This document shows positions 11,330 to 24,882 of a stretch of DNA of 64,000 nt, one piece after another. The first letter of the stretch is position 1; the number at the start of each line of letters is the position of its first letter. Made by a program: the position numbers and the translations under genes. The stretch is from Eledone cirrhosa (lineage: Eukaryota): NCBI GenBank assembly GCA_964016885.1, contig OZ024741.1, forward strand, positions 18,724,001 to 18,788,000, given 5' to 3'. The notes below the pieces were generated by a model. It saw only the letters and a program-made list of their open reading frames with translations, was not told the DNA's origin and searched no databases.

Positions 11330-12145
11330 TCGCAGTATTCAGAGAAGTAAACAATGAAGGATTTCGAGAAAATTGTATGATTGTTTCAAATAGTTCAAAC
11401 AAACAAACAACACTATTATCTTTTGAATACCAACGTACTTCAGTATGCTACAAAAGTCTCACGTAGTCACCAGTATTGCTAAGGCTCAGTTGATGGAAAT
11501 TTTGATCAGACAAAGAATCCGATTTTAGTTTGTTCACCGTCTTGATAACTAATTGCAGTACATCATTGAGCCTACTATTGATATTTTTGCCATTAATGCT
11601 GCTTGTGAGCCACGCTGTGGACAGTTAAAACTGTGTGCGAAATTTCAAATTTTCGGAGAGATGAGAAACCTCTGTATCTACCTTCAATAACAGGCAATTG
11701 CATTTGATATGCGGGCAACTATATTGGTCAATCGGATGTTATGCTCCTAAAAATATAGCTTCGATAGTCCTAAAATAGACCTATCTTTTGAACCTAGCAG
11801 CATTTGATCATTGAACATTTCTTTACAAGGTTGAGGATTTTCGTGGAAAAACTGACCACACCATCATCAAGTATTGGCTGACCACAAATGTTGATTCGTC
11901 CACTTGAATGGGAAATTCGGAACAATGGAGAGTAAATTCAAGTTCATGCTTAATGTAAGTCCCCATTTCATCTACTTGACCATTGTGTCATTACCAAGAA
12001 GAATAGTCCTGATTGTAGCGCCAGGTTTACCATGTATTATAGTTGAGAGAAATCTTCCATTGTAGATCGTAATGTTTCTCCTATGGTCTTTGCAGCATGA
12101 AATGAAATATCGTACGAGATAATCAGTCGGTCGTCTTGTGTAGTT
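11330..12145 (-). pseudogene. Decayed hAT Charlie/Buster-type transposase, central part
   Basis: Minus-strand remnants SYDISFHAAKTIGE, GNDT..VDEMG, FPIQVDEST, VIKTVNKLK, LL*HTEVRWYSK, with stops and frameshifts. Confidence 0.75.
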
Positions 12146-12149
12146 CTTA

Positions 12150-15030
12150 ATTTTCTTCTCCCACTTATTTCTGAGAGGGCCGTGGGGGCAGGTACTTCAA
12201 ACACTCCTTCCAGCAGATCCTGTCAGAAACAACCCTCTCCAACTGATCTAACTGGATCACCAAGCGAGACCAGCCAAACTCATTGATGTTACCCACCCAA
12301 CCATTTTCCTCGGGGTCTACCGCTGGATCTCCGTAAAATCTGTGCAGCGATTCTTTCCTGAGACATTCTAACCACATGTCCGTTATATCGGAGATGTGAT
12401 CTCTCAATTCTGAGAAGTAGCAGTTTTACCTGGAGTAACACTATGATCTGCGAGCTACGCACGCTATTGAGTAACGTTACTCCAAAGACCCTTCGGAGGA
12501 ACCTCATTTCGGTCGCATATATTCACGATCGTATACTTTCAGTCATTACCCAAAATTCATGACCATAGGTAAGAGTTAGCACGAATATCGAACTGAAGAT
12601 AGGAAGTGTGGCTTTTACACCACCTTCCTTCTTCTGATTAGCGAATGCTGAAGCTGGCGCATTACTGCACCAGCTCCAGTAATTCTTCCTCCAGCCTGCT
12701 ATCACTCCTGAACACGACCCCGAGATCTTCTCCATCTGCTTCAATGGAATTCCACTCACATGTAGAGTGCATTATGCATGCTTCCTTGAGAAGATGAGTG
12801 TTTCAGTCTTCGCAACACTGATTTTCACTCCTACCAAGTGCATGTCAGAGATCACCTTCTGGCGAGTTATGTAGTACCATGATAGATAACATCCATGAGC
12901 TCAGCTCGTCGCGCAAGTTCCAGGCGACTGATCCTACACGCACCAGTCTCGATACCACTTCCAAACTGGCTGCACATATCAATCCTGTTCATGAAGATTA
13001 TTAACAGGAGAGGTGACAATACAGGAGAGGTGTCAATACCCTTTCTGGAGTCCTACACAAATACTCCGGCATTGGTATAAAGACTTCAGAGTAGGAAGAA
13101 GTTGTCCATCAAACCTATACTCCCACAGAACCTCCCACAACAGATCCAGTGGCACGCGGTCTTATGCCTTTTTGAGGTCTATAGAACAAAAAAGGGACAT
13201 ATTAGCAATACTCCCACGATTTTCTAAACTCCCACAGTAGGAATATATGGTCGGCTGTGCTGTGTCCGAAACAAAAACCACACTGTTCATCAGCTAGCTT
13301 GGACTCGACAATTTCCCTACATCTTTTTGCCAGACACTTATCATAGACTTTACCGGGGAGGCTTAACAAGGAGATCTCTCTGTAATTGGAACAATCTCTG
13401 TTGTCTCCCGTTTTAAAAGTTGGGATTATCACTCCTAATTGCCATTGCTTAAGTGCCTTTCCAGAGATCCGAGCCACCCGGCATACACGAGTCAACCACA
13501 GGATACCTTCTCTATTTAAGGCTTTTAACTTCTCGGGCCGGATTTCATCTTCCCCAGCAGCCTTGCCCAATTTGAACTATTTAACTGCTCTTGTGACCTC
13601 AGCCTCTGAGAGATTAATCAACTCTCCAGGTGCACCTCGTATACATCAGAAGATGCTGTTGTGATCGGGTTTAGGAGATCAGCAAAGTATTCTTTCCACC
13701 TCGCGAGGATACACCTCTATGAAGAGAAGAGAACCACAGATGCGTTCCTGATAGGAGGAGTAGGGGAGGTCTTTTTATTACGGAGTCGGTGGATGGTCTG
13801 CCAGAACACTTTATATGCTGATCTGAAGTCGGATTCCAGCTTAACCATCAAAGTCCTCCCATATCTTAACTGTGGATGCCTTTACTGTCTCTGTTGTGAC
13901 TTTTCGTGTCTGCTTGTACCGCAAGTGCAAGAAGGAGGACTTATAACCAAGCCGAGCTTTGAAAACCTCCTCCTTTGCTCGGATGACATCTTTGAACACT
14001 TAATTTAACCAAAGTGTCTTCCAGACATCTGGCGCCACACCAAGCCTCTTTCGCCCGTAGCTTTTAACAGCTGACGCAGAAACTGCCAAGCTGAAGAGTC
14101 TCCACTCTGTATCAACGTCCTCAGTTTGCTCAGGGAGTTCTCTGAATTTGGATTCAATAGTATCAGCAAACTTGTTCCTGACTTTCTTATCTGCCAGCGC
14201 TTCTCACTTTATCCTATAGGCCGAGCTGGACCTGCACGTTTTGTGGGCTCTCTTGTCTTTAGGTACTCTCAGGTTTCAGATAACTAGATGCTGATCAGTT
14301 GGCAGCTCAGCCTCTCTCTTAGCACTAACATCCAGAACAGAATCGAAGACATCAAGGACAATAACACAATCAATTATTGATCTCTAGTGGAGTTTCCATC
14401 TTCCATCCAAATCTACAGTACCAGGGCCACGGAACTTTGTTGAGAAAACCTCAACTATATCTGACTTGTATCATTTATCCTTCTTCACAAGTTCCTGCTC
14501 TTTGCCTGTGAGGGTTGTAACGTTCCAGTTACCAATTGTCGAGTTTGCTCCCTTCCGGACCCTCTCTGAGTTCTCGGAACACGTATCCTATGTGCTTCCA
14601 TCCCACACCTCCCAGGACAACTTGCAGGCACATCACCAGTTTTTGCAGTATTAGGTGAAGACTGCAATATAGTTTCCAAACAGGCCTCTCTAAGGCTTGA
14701 ATGTGTTGTTCCTTGTTATTTTGCATGAAGGATGATGCAGTATGACTGCCTTTGTTGTTCCTAGTCCTATTGCAGTGTTTTGGTGGTTTCATTCGCACCA
14801 AACACCAATTTGGTACTTTTCTCAGACCCGCGATGACTATGCCTTTTTTTACAGGCAGCCTTTACTCACCTTGTCATAGATACATCACTGGGTTGTGACA
14901 GTTTTCTTGGGAGCTAACATATCACCCATTGCTCCATCTCCCCCAGTAGTTAACCGCAGATGGTCTGGGCTTGCTTATTCGTCCGACAGGGGGCCACTTT
15001 TATCGTAACTAACCGCCATATCTGGTGGCT
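12150..15030 (-). mobile_element. Near full-length decayed Rex3/Expander-like RTE LINE
   Basis: APE start IGNWNVTTLTGKEQELV (~14540); RT GKAAGEDEIRPEKLKAL...CSNYREISLLSLPGKVY; C-terminal LTYGHEFWVMT...EMRFLRRVFGVTLL; internal deletions. Confidence 0.9.
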
Positions 15031-15039
15031 GTATCGCTT

Positions 15040-15300
15040 TCCGCTTCCTCCGACCCTTTCTCTGACAGCACTGCCGAGAATTTTGTGTTGTTGCCTTCTG
15101 AAATACAGAAATCAATGTCTTTCACTTTTTGAATGAAGCCTTAAGTTACAGGATATAGATTATAAAGAATGGTCAGTGAAACAGTAGAGTGAAGGTTTCA
15201 TGGTCTCCCTGGTTCCACAGAAGTGACTGTTCTAAGGACAAACTATAAACTCAGACGATAAATAACCGGTACTGTATTCACAAATGTTCTTCACTGGAGG
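15040..15300 (-). pseudogene. N-terminal part of the same Charlie-type transposase
   Basis: EYSTGYLSSEF...ETMKPS...KDIDF matches the Y...YL..GF / MKPS pattern and is collinear with the part left of the RTE. Confidence 0.5.
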
Positions 15301-15540
15301 TAATAAGATGTTTAAGAGAATAATACAATAATAACTAGAAAATAGTCTCGGGTTTTGAATAATCCCCACCCACCCGGGGCTTATTAAATTTTTAGACCCC
15401 CCCCCCCCTCGCTTATTAAATTTTGTTAATCTATATCCTGCTAAATTTTATTTTAAGTGGAAGCATTCCTGGGATAATTAATTTTCTTTAGACATTAAAA
15501 AATATATTATACATGACAAAAGTACGTTACTAGAAATTCC

Positions 15541-16698
15541 ATTTCTCTATATATAAAATTCTTTGTCTCTCTGTCTGTTCCTATGCATTCTCAAACGCCT
15601 CGACCAAATCGAATTAAATTTTACAAGGTATTAGACTCCGGGAATGTCAACATGTAATATTTTTTTTTTCATTTGGATTAAAACAATATAACATTTTATC
15701 TAAAACAATTGTTTCTACTTTTGGCAGAAGGCCAGCAATTACCCAGTACATTACTGGTACTTTATTTTATCGACCCCGTAAGGATGAAAAGCAAAGTTAA
15801 CCTCGGCGGGATTTGAACTCAGATCGTAAAGGGACGTAACTATGCTGGAAAGCATGGCGTCAACCTTCTACATTTTATCTAAAATAATATTCCTATAGTC
15901 AACTATAGTGTGAGTGTATGTGTGCTAATTTTTGTTTTCACGTTAGACTCCAGAGAATTAATCACACACACACACATCTACACGTGCATATAGCCTTAGT
16001 AATTTGCATACACATTATCTTCACACACAGACAGTTAAACACACACACATTATACATATACAGATACATATGTGTAACAGACAAGTAATAGGTGTGCGTG
16101 AATGTATGTCTGTGTGCGTCTGCCTTAGTATATGAATGTGAGTGTATGTGAGAGTGAATGTGTGTGAGTGTTTGTGAGAGTGTATGTGTATGTGATTGTA
16201 TGTATGTGTGTGTGTGTGTGTGTGATAATTTTTATTTTGTATATGAATGGGCATGTGTCTGTGAGTGTGTGTGTTCGCGCGTTCGTTAGGTACGTTATTA
16301 AATATACACATATATATATATACATATGTAGCGATTGACGAAAAATGAGGTGAAAAGCTATGCGTGTGTCTGCGTGAATGTATTCTGTGTGTTGTGTCTT
16401 AGTATATGTATGTGAGAGTATATGTGTGTGAGTGTATGTGTGTGAGTGTGTAGCAACAATTTATTCATTTGGACACCAACAAAAATTACACAATGAATAT
16501 TGTTTACCCTAAGGTGCTTCAAGATTGACATATTTTCATTTCTAAATTCTATTATCATTACAATTTTGATAATTTGTTTATAAAATATAGATATTTTGAA
16601 ATAATTATGAGAAAAATAATCATATCTTCATATTTATTGTTTACTAAGCTGAATAAGAACAGGAGTAACCCAGGCAGCGCTGGGTGATTCAGATAGTA
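15541..16698 (-). mobile_element. Non-autonomous Helentron-associated (HINE/DINE-1-like) element with nested SINE and (TG)n
   Basis: Left end ctctatatataaaattctttgtctctctgtctgt..; right end hairpin acccaggcagcgctgggt..gatagt; family A SINE (-) at 15710-15870. Confidence 0.6.
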
Positions 16699-16798
16699 TG
16701 TTATAAAATACATAGGATGAGTTGTAGTCTAAACGACTAATTCCGTTGTTTTTTTTAATCAACGGAGACAACCTAGAAAGATTACCGATTTTCTATAA

Positions 16799-16825
<27 letters not shown>

Positions 16826-16829
<4 letters not shown>

Positions 16830-17752
16830 TACTCCACTCCACCCTACATATCCCCTATTATTTTCTATACCACCCCACTTACTCCACTCCACCCTACATA
16901 TCCCCTATTATTTTCTATACCACCCCACTTACTCCACTCCACCCTACATATCCCCCATTATTTTCTATACCACCCCACTTACTCCACTCCACCCTACATA
17001 TCCCCCATTATTTTCTATACCACCCCACTTACTCCACTCCACCCTACATATCCCCTATTATTTTCTATACCACCCCACTTACTCCACTCCACCCTACATA
17101 TCCCCTATTATTTTCTATACCACCCCACTTACTCTACTCCACCCTACATATCCCCCATTATTTTCTATACCACCCCACTTACTCCACTCCACCCTACATA
17201 TCCCCTATTATTTTCTATACCACCCCACTTACTCCACTCCACCCTACATATCCCCCATTATTTTCTATACCACCCCACTTACTCCACTCCACCCTACATA
17301 TCCCCTATTATTTTCTATACCACCCCACTTACTCCACTCCACCCTACATATCCCCCATTATTTTCTATACCACCCCACTTACTCCACTCCACCCTACATA
17401 TCCCCTATTATTTTCTATACCACCCCACTTACTCCACTCCACCCTACATATCCCCTATTATTTTCTATACCACCCCACTTACTCTACTCCACCCTACATA
17501 TCCCCCATTATTTTCTATACCACCCCACTTACTCCACTCCACCCTACATATCCCCTATTATTTTCTATACCACCCCACTTACTCCACTCCACCCTACATA
17601 TCCCCTATTATTTTCTATACCACCCCACTTACTCTACTCCACCCTACATATCCCCCATTATTTTCTATACCACCCCACTTACTCCACTCCACCCTACATA
17701 TCCCCCATTATTTTCTATACCACCCCACTTACTCCACTCCACCCTACATATC
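16826..17752. repeat. 50-bp minisatellite, ~18 copies
   Basis: Unit actccactccaccctacatatcccc(t/c)attattttctataccaccccactt, nearly invariant. Confidence 0.97.
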
Positions 17753-18104
17753 CATTTGGGACCCGAGAGCAACTGGGAAAATAGATTACAAACTCTTATG
17801 CTGTGTTGTAATTAATAATTATAAACACATTTAACGTCCAAATGATATCACTGATAGATGTGTGTATATATTACCAGGTAAACTAGCCACAGACAGTATA
17901 TTACATAGGTATATATATATGTATGACATCTGCACACGCATGTAGTATTACGGCTACACACGTGGACAAACATTTATACATTTCGTTAAGCACAGGCATG
18001 TGTGATGTCCACAATACTGCTTTTTAAATTGATAATAAAAAATGTTGCTGTTGACTCACTTTTATTGCCTGTATTCAAAACCAATAGCCACCCACCATAG
18101 GTAT

Positions 18105-18440
18105 AGACCCCCTACAGTCACGAATGGCCATAGGATTTGCACCTAGAAAGTTCTTCTTCTGAGGTACAAGTCTGGGCAAGGTTGTTTGTGGAAGACCAGC
18201 AGTCCCCCATGTATATCAGTCTCTCCTCTCCACGCCACCGATGTTGTCCAAGGGAAAGACAATGACCGATACAACTTGGCACCAGTGACGTCGCAACTCA
18301 TTCCTACAGCTGAGTGAACGGGAACAACGTGAAATAAAGTGTCTTGCTTAAGGACACAACGCATCATCCGATTCGAGAATCGAACTCACAACTTTCTGTT
18401 TACAAGCCCAATGCTTTAACCACAAATCCAGGTGCCTTCA
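18105..18440 (-). mobile_element. Family B SINE, near full length
   Basis: Reverse complement of the 5228-5525 element. Confidence 0.8.
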
Positions 18441-18837
18441 CCCACCATAACTAACACAATTTCCTACTTAATTGCTCATCACCAACTCAGTTGTAGTGTT
18501 AGATAATATCGCCAAGGTTGGGGCAATTCTAATGCCATTGTCTTTTACCAAGGCTATAAGTAATCCTTATTGTGCACTTTCAATCAAAGAAAAAAAAACT
18601 TGTGCCCCAAGAAAAACATAAGTTTCTATTTGAAATTTAAGTCATCGCTATTTGATGGCATCTCATACTTGTGGAAGACTTTTTTTTTATCTACATATGT
18701 AAAACGGTCGTTCCGTCTCCCCAGTTAATTTCGTTCGCTTAAAATCAAACCATAAATAAATCTTATATACCGTATATACTTGGATACTATAAACGGAAGA
18801 CCAAATTCTTATTATTATTTGGTTGGCTAAGGACCAT

Positions 18838-19040
18838 TGATTGGCAGTATTAGTGTCGGACAACATGCTCTCACGCATAAAGTTATGGCCCTTGCCATTC
18901 TGAGTTCAAATCCCGCCGAGGATAACTTTGCCTTTCATCCTTACGGGGTCGATAAAATAAAGTACCAGTAATGGCCTGGTGCCAAAAGTAGAAACCATTA
19001 TTAGGGTGGTAGATTGGCAGAGTCGGTAGAGCAGTTGACA
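18838..19040 (+). mobile_element. Family A SINE plus head of a second copy
   Basis: A/B boxes, core and tail; a second A box at ~19013. Confidence 0.8.
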
Positions 19041-19210
19041 ACATGAGACTGTGGGGACCCTGACCAGACAGTACTGCATGTTGTTCGGGATTGCCGTTTC
19101 AGGCGTTTTCCCGGCAGCCTAGAGGTAATCCATAATGCTGTTAATGACACCTTCGTCTGGCTCACCTGTTTTAACCTGACTCTAACTATTGTACATATTC
19201 CATATGACAA
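19040..19210 (+). mobile_element. LINE C-terminal CCHC relic (possibly Ingi/Vingi-like)
   Basis: *DCGDPDQTVLHVVRDCRFRRFPGSLEVIH...VWL; the clade assignment is tentative. Confidence 0.45.
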
Positions 19211-19310
19211 GGAGCAGCAGCTTCACACAGTGTGTGACATGGCTAGCCCTCTAGACTTAGGTGAATTGGATTGAAGGGAGGTGAAATAAAGTGTCTTGCT
19301 AAAGGAAAAC

Positions 19311-19380
<70 letters not shown>

Positions 19381-19591
19381 CAGCCAGCCAGCCATCAAAT
19401 TGATCCCACAATCGGAACTGATGTTCAGATAAAAAGACAAGATGGTTGCTATCTAATCTGGGTCTCTGTATATTGGTTAGGACTTCAGTTGAGGTGGAGT
19501 GGAATATAAGGTTCTGTTAATGATGGATAAGTGACTAACGAAGACGAGGAGACTACAACATAGTCTAGATCTGAATAACTGATACATTCTT

Positions 19592-21120
19592 ACAACCACC
19601 AACAGAACTACTACCACTACCACTACCACCAACAGAACCACTACCACTACCACCAACAGAACTACTACCACTACCACTACCACCAACAGAACTACTACCA
19701 CTACCACTACCACCAGCAGAACTACTACCACTACCACCAACAGAACTACTACCACTACCACTAACAGAACTACTACCACTACCACTACCACCAACAGAAC
19801 TACTACCACTACCACTAACAGAACTACTACCTCTACCACTAACAGAACTACTACCTCTACCACTACCACTAACAGAACTACTACCACTACCACTACCACC
19901 AACAGAACTACTACCACTACCACTACCACTAACAGAACTACTACCACTACCACTACCACTAACAGAACTACTACCACTACCACTACCACTACCACTAACA
20001 GAACTACTACCACTACCACTACCACCAACAGAACTACTACCACTAACAGAACTACTACCACTACCACTACCACTAACAGAACTACTACCACTACCACTAC
20101 CACTAACAGAACTACTACCACTACCACTACCACTACCACAACTACTACCACTACCACTACCACCAACAGAACTACTGTCACTACCACCAACAGAATTACT
20201 ACCACTACCACTACCACTAACAGAACTACTACCACTACCACTACCAGAACTACTACCACTACCACTAACAGAACTACTACCACTACCACTAACAGAACTA
20301 CTACCACTACCACTACCACCAACAGAACTACTATCACTACCACCAACAGAATTACTACCACTACCACTACCACTAACAGAACTACTACCACTACCACTAA
20401 CAGAACTACTACCACTACCACTAACAGAACTACTACCACTACCACTACCAACAGCACTACCACGAACAGAAGTACTAATACTACCACTACCAACAGCACT
20501 ACCACCAACAGAAGTACTACCACTACCACTAACAGAAGTACTACCACTACCACTACCAACAGCACTACCACCAACAGAAGTACTACCACTACCAACAGCA
20601 CTACCACTAACAGAAGTACTACCACTACCAACACCACCAACGCCTGCTCAACTGACACACTTATTAAACACTACCACCAGTACTACCGACACCCCACCAC
20701 CAACTCCACCACCACTAACTTCACCAACAACAACACAACCACCAACTCCACCACCAACAACAATACAACCACCAACTCCACCACCACAAACAACAACACA
20801 ACCACCAATTCCACCACTACCGCCACCACCACCACCACCACCACCAATTCCACCATAATCCTTAACACAACCATCACCACCCCTACCAACTCCACCACCG
20901 CCATCACCACCATCACCACCAATTCCCCAACATAACTATCATCACCACCACCATCACCACCAACTCCACCTCCATCATCACCACCACAAACTCCAACCAC
21001 CACCACCAACTCCACCACCATAAACTCCAACCACCACCACCAACTCCAACACCATCATCACCACCACAAACTCCCAACTCCAACACCACCACCACCAACA
21101 ACAACAGCAACAGCAACAAC
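19592..21120. repeat. Compound ACT/ACC trinucleotide-based satellite
   Basis: (accact)n punctuated by aacaga, grading into (acc)n/(aac)n. Confidence 0.95.
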
Positions 21121-21250
21121 ACACACACACACAGCAAACACAACAGAGAGACGCAACAATAGAATATGTTTGTCAATTTTCATGGAAAAGTCCGACTATA
21201 GAAACAACCAATCTCTGAATATAACTCCTAACCTGGGAGTGAGTGACATT

Positions 21251-21862
21251 TGGATTGGCAGTATCAGTAGAGCGCCGGACAACATGCTTTTCAGCATAGA
21301 GTTACGGCCCTTTACGTTCTGAGTTCAAATCCCGCCGAGGTCAGTTTTGCCTTTCATCGTTACAAGGTCGATAAATAAAGTACCAGTAAAGTACTGGGTC
21401 GATTTAATCGACTTCCCCCTCCCTTTCAAATTGCTGGCCTTGTGCCAAAAGTAGAAACATTATTTTTGGAGTGGATTGACAGTATCGGTAGAGGGTCGGA
21501 CGCCATGCTTTGAAGCACAGAGTTACCTCCTTTTATGATCTGAGTTCAAATCCCGCCGAGGTTAACTTTGCTTTCATCCTTACGGGGTCGATAAAATAAA
21601 GTACCAGTAATACACTGTGATAATTGCAGGCTTTGTGCCAAAAGTAGAAACAATTATTTTTGGAATAAACAGTATTGAATTGGCAGTATCAGTAGAGGGT
21701 CGGACGCCATGCTTTCTAGCATAGTTACGTCCCATTACGATCTGAGTTCAAATCCCGTTGAGGTTAACTTTGCCTTTCATCCTTACAGAGCCGATAAAAT
21801 AAAGTACCAGTAATGTACTGGGTACTTGCTGGCTTTATGCCAAAAGTAGAAACAATTATTTT
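21251..21862 (+). mobile_element. Three head-to-tail family A SINE copies
   Basis: Complete A box/B box/core/tail units starting ~21251, ~21470 and ~21677. Confidence 0.9.
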
Positions 21863-22128
21863 TAGAATAAACTCCGTACAAACCAGTCAGAGAGGCTCTA
21901 TGTGGTCTCTCCAACTGCTAGATATAACTACCAAATGTCGCTCCAATCACTTTATTGTTTTAAAGAAGGATGAACTCGTTATATAATTTTGTAATAGATA
22001 TTTATGTATAAAAACAAGATGTGTGATGTAATGTTTACTGGACCAAGGCTTACCAGGGGCTAAACAATGGCAATAACAACAACTACGATGATTAAAATAC
22101 AAGCAAAATAGAACAATGACAATGAACA

Positions 22129-23229
22129 TTATATTCTAAAGTTACTTTTTTGAAAATCACTAACAATATTATTCCACTTGGTTAAATTTCCCCTGTACAC
22201 CAATTCAGCCACTTTCACTTTATGTCTCCACTTCTCAATAAGTTCTTTCCATTCTTTGTTGTCTTTTGCTACAACAACATATTCCAAAATAGATGGTACT
22301 TTGTACATTCCTAAACGCTCCGACAGTTTTCTGTGTTTATCCTTTTCGTATTTTTCCCCGGCCTCATTCTCGACATGTTTGTTTGTCAGGTAAGTCAAGT
22401 TGCGTTTCACTCGCACAATTTTTTTACGAAATTCTACACCTTCTTTCATGTTTTGTTCAAATTCTAATTTTTTTTCGTAAGCGTATCTCTCTATGGGTAC
22501 CAGAGCTCTTTTCAGACGAGAATATTCATACTCAATATTTTCCATTTCCTCTATAAGAGCTTTTGTTTCCAACCGTTTGCTGTAGAATTCAACGGGATCA
22601 ACGCTATCTCGATATGACTTCAGGGTAATAAGTTTCTTAATTACAATTATTAGTTTGTTATTCCGCAGCTTTGTCAAACGAATTAAACTGTCAGTTTTGG
22701 AATACTTCATGGTAACATATTTTTGCCATAATTGCAGAAAGGGAATACTGTGTCCCGCTTTAATAAAATCATTAAATTTACATTCCAATTCTCCTTGTTC
22801 TACCGAAATATCTAACAAATTTTCATTGTAATTTTCAAGCAAAGCCACATTGTAGGCAATTATACGCTGCAAGGATTTTTTTGTCAACTTTAATTCGTAT
22901 TTTAATACTACGATGTAGTATTTTGCGATTAGAATTTTCTGCTTAAATGTTAAACGGCCACCTTTCCTAAGCAAATGGTACATGCCTGGAGTAAATGTCA
23001 TCGATACGCTCAGCTGAGATTTTGCGTTTGTCTGTGAACTGAAAGCAGAACTTGATTCTTCACTAACACCAAAGTCATAAAGATCCGCCTTATCGTCGAG
23101 ATATCGGATGAACATGGACATTTCCACGGACAGAAATAGCTTTCGTTTCTCTGCTTTGTCCAGTTTTTCAAGCAGTTCCTCTAGTGTCATTTCAGTAGTA
23201 TCATATGACCGTGGCGACGAGGAAATCAT
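22129..23229 (-). CDS. CCDC113: Intronless coiled-coil protein, CCDC113/CFAP263-like (DUF4201 family)
   Basis: 366-aa non-repetitive ORF. C-terminal YKVPSILEYV...WRHKVKVAE resembles CCDC113 Y.VP.V..YV...W.RKV.IAE; LTFKQKILIA resembles LT.EQK..IA. Recognised from memory and divergent. Confidence 0.75.
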   Translation of the reverse strand: MISSSPRSYDTTEMTLEELLEKLDKAEKRKLFLSVEMSMFIRYLDDKADLYDFGVSEESSSAFSSQTNAKSQLSVSMTFTPGMYHLLRKGGRLTFKQKILIAKYYIVVLKYELKLTKKSLQRIIAYNVALLENYNENLLDISVEQGELECKFNDFIKAGHSIPFLQLWQKYVTMKYSKTDSLIRLTKLRNNKLIIVIKKLITLKSYRDSVDPVEFYSKRLETKALIEEMENIEYEYSRLKRALVPIERYAYEKKLEFEQNMKEGVEFRKKIVRVKRNLTYLTNKHVENEAGEKYEKDKHRKLSERLGMYKVPSILEYVVVAKDNKEWKELIEKWRHKVKVAELVYRGNLTKWNNIVSDFQKSNFRI

Positions 23230-23400
23230 ATTTTTAAAGACTGTTTCTAATTCCTGCTTAGTTTTACATTATTGGCCGAGATTGGTAACCTTAAGTTTGA
23301 ATTTTATTACCTTCGTCTCTCTTTTATTTCAGCGGCCGTGTTTTGTGAAGATATTTACAAAATACATAATGTCGTCACAAATAAACACGAGAGATATTTT

Positions 23401-23585
23401 CTCCGATCTCTCTCTTTTTCACTCTCTTTCTCCCCCTCTTTCTCCCTCCCTCTCTCTCTCTCTCTCTTTCTCTCTCTTTCTTTCTCTCTCTCTCTCTCTC
23501 TCTTCCACTCTCTTTCTCTCTCTCTCTCTCTTCCACTCTCTTTCTCTCTCCCTCTCTCTTTTTCTTTCTCTCTCTATCCTTCTCA
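23401..23585. repeat. (CT)n microsatellite
   Basis: Directly visible. Confidence 0.95.
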
Positions 23586-23727
23586 TATTGCTTTACTCCC
23601 CTTTTTCATGCAGGCATGGGTTGGACGAGTTTTCACGGCCTGTGATAAGACAGGATAGATGAACACGCCATACTCATACGTTCTAATTTGGGATTTCTAC
23701 GGTTAGATGCTCTTCATCCTTCCACCC

Positions 23728-24882
23728 ACTTTACAAAGTGTTCCGTGTGAGTTTTGTCATGGCACCAACACCACTACTTTACAGAGTGTACTGGGTGTAT
23801 TTTATCATGGCACCAACACCACCTTTTTACAGAGTGTTCCGTGTGAGTTTTACCATGGCACCAACACCACTACTTTACAAAGTGTACTGGGTGTATTTTA
23901 TCATGGCACCAACACCATTACTTTACAGAGTGTACTGGGTGTATTTTATCATGGCACCAACATCACCTTTTTACAGAGTGTTCCGTGTGAGTTTTACCAT
24001 GGCACCAACACCACTACTTTACAAAGTGTACTGGGTGTATTTTATCATGGCACCAACACCACTACTTTACAGAGTGTACTGGGTGTATTTTATCATGGCA
24101 CCAACACTACTACTTTACAGAGTGTTCCGTGTGAGTTTTACCATGGCACCAACACCACTACTTTACAGAGTGTACTGGGTGTATTTTATCATGGCACCAA
24201 CACCACTACTTTACAGGGTGTACTGGGTGTATTTTATCATGGCACCAACACCACCTTTTTACAGAGTGTTCCGTGTGAGTTTTACCATGGCACCAACACC
24301 ACTACTTTACAGAGTGTACTGGGTGTATTTTATCATGGCACCAACACCACCACTTTACAGTGTGGGCAGTGTAAGTTTCGTCATGGCACAAGCACCACTT
24401 CTTTACAGAGTGTACTGGGTGTATTTTATCATGGCACCAACACCACTACTTTACAGATTGTTCCGTGTCAGTTTTATCATGGCACCAAAAATACAACATT
24501 ACAGAGTGTTCTGTGTGGGTTTTATCATGGCTCCAACACTACCACTTTACAGAGTGTACTGGGTGTATTTTATCATGGCACCAACACTACCACTTTACAG
24601 ATTGTTCCGTGTCAGTTTTATCATGGCACCAAAAATACAACATTACGGAGTGTTCCGTGTGAGTTTTATCATGGCTCCAACACTACCACTTTACAGAGTG
24701 TACTGGGTGTATTTTATCATGGCACCAACACTACCACTTTACAGATTGTTCCGTGTCAGTTTTATCATGGCACCAAAAATACAACATTACAGAGTGTTCT
24801 GTGTGGGTTTTATCATGGCTCCAACACTACCACTTTACAGAGTGTACTGGGTGTATTTTATCATGGTACCAACACCACCACT
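23728..24882. repeat. 48-bp minisatellite, ~24 copies with variant units
   Basis: Unit ttacagagtgt(actgggtgtat/tccgtgtgagt)tttatcatggcaccaacaccactact. Confidence 0.95.

Noticed and set aside
16826-17752. Possible CRISPR array or 362-aa protein
   Set aside because: Contiguous 50-bp units with no unique spacers and no cas genes, in a eukaryotic context; the ORF is a repeat artefact.
19477-21176. Poly-Val ORFs or a Thr-rich mucin exon
   Set aside because: Trinucleotide satellite without a credible start, splice sites or domain.
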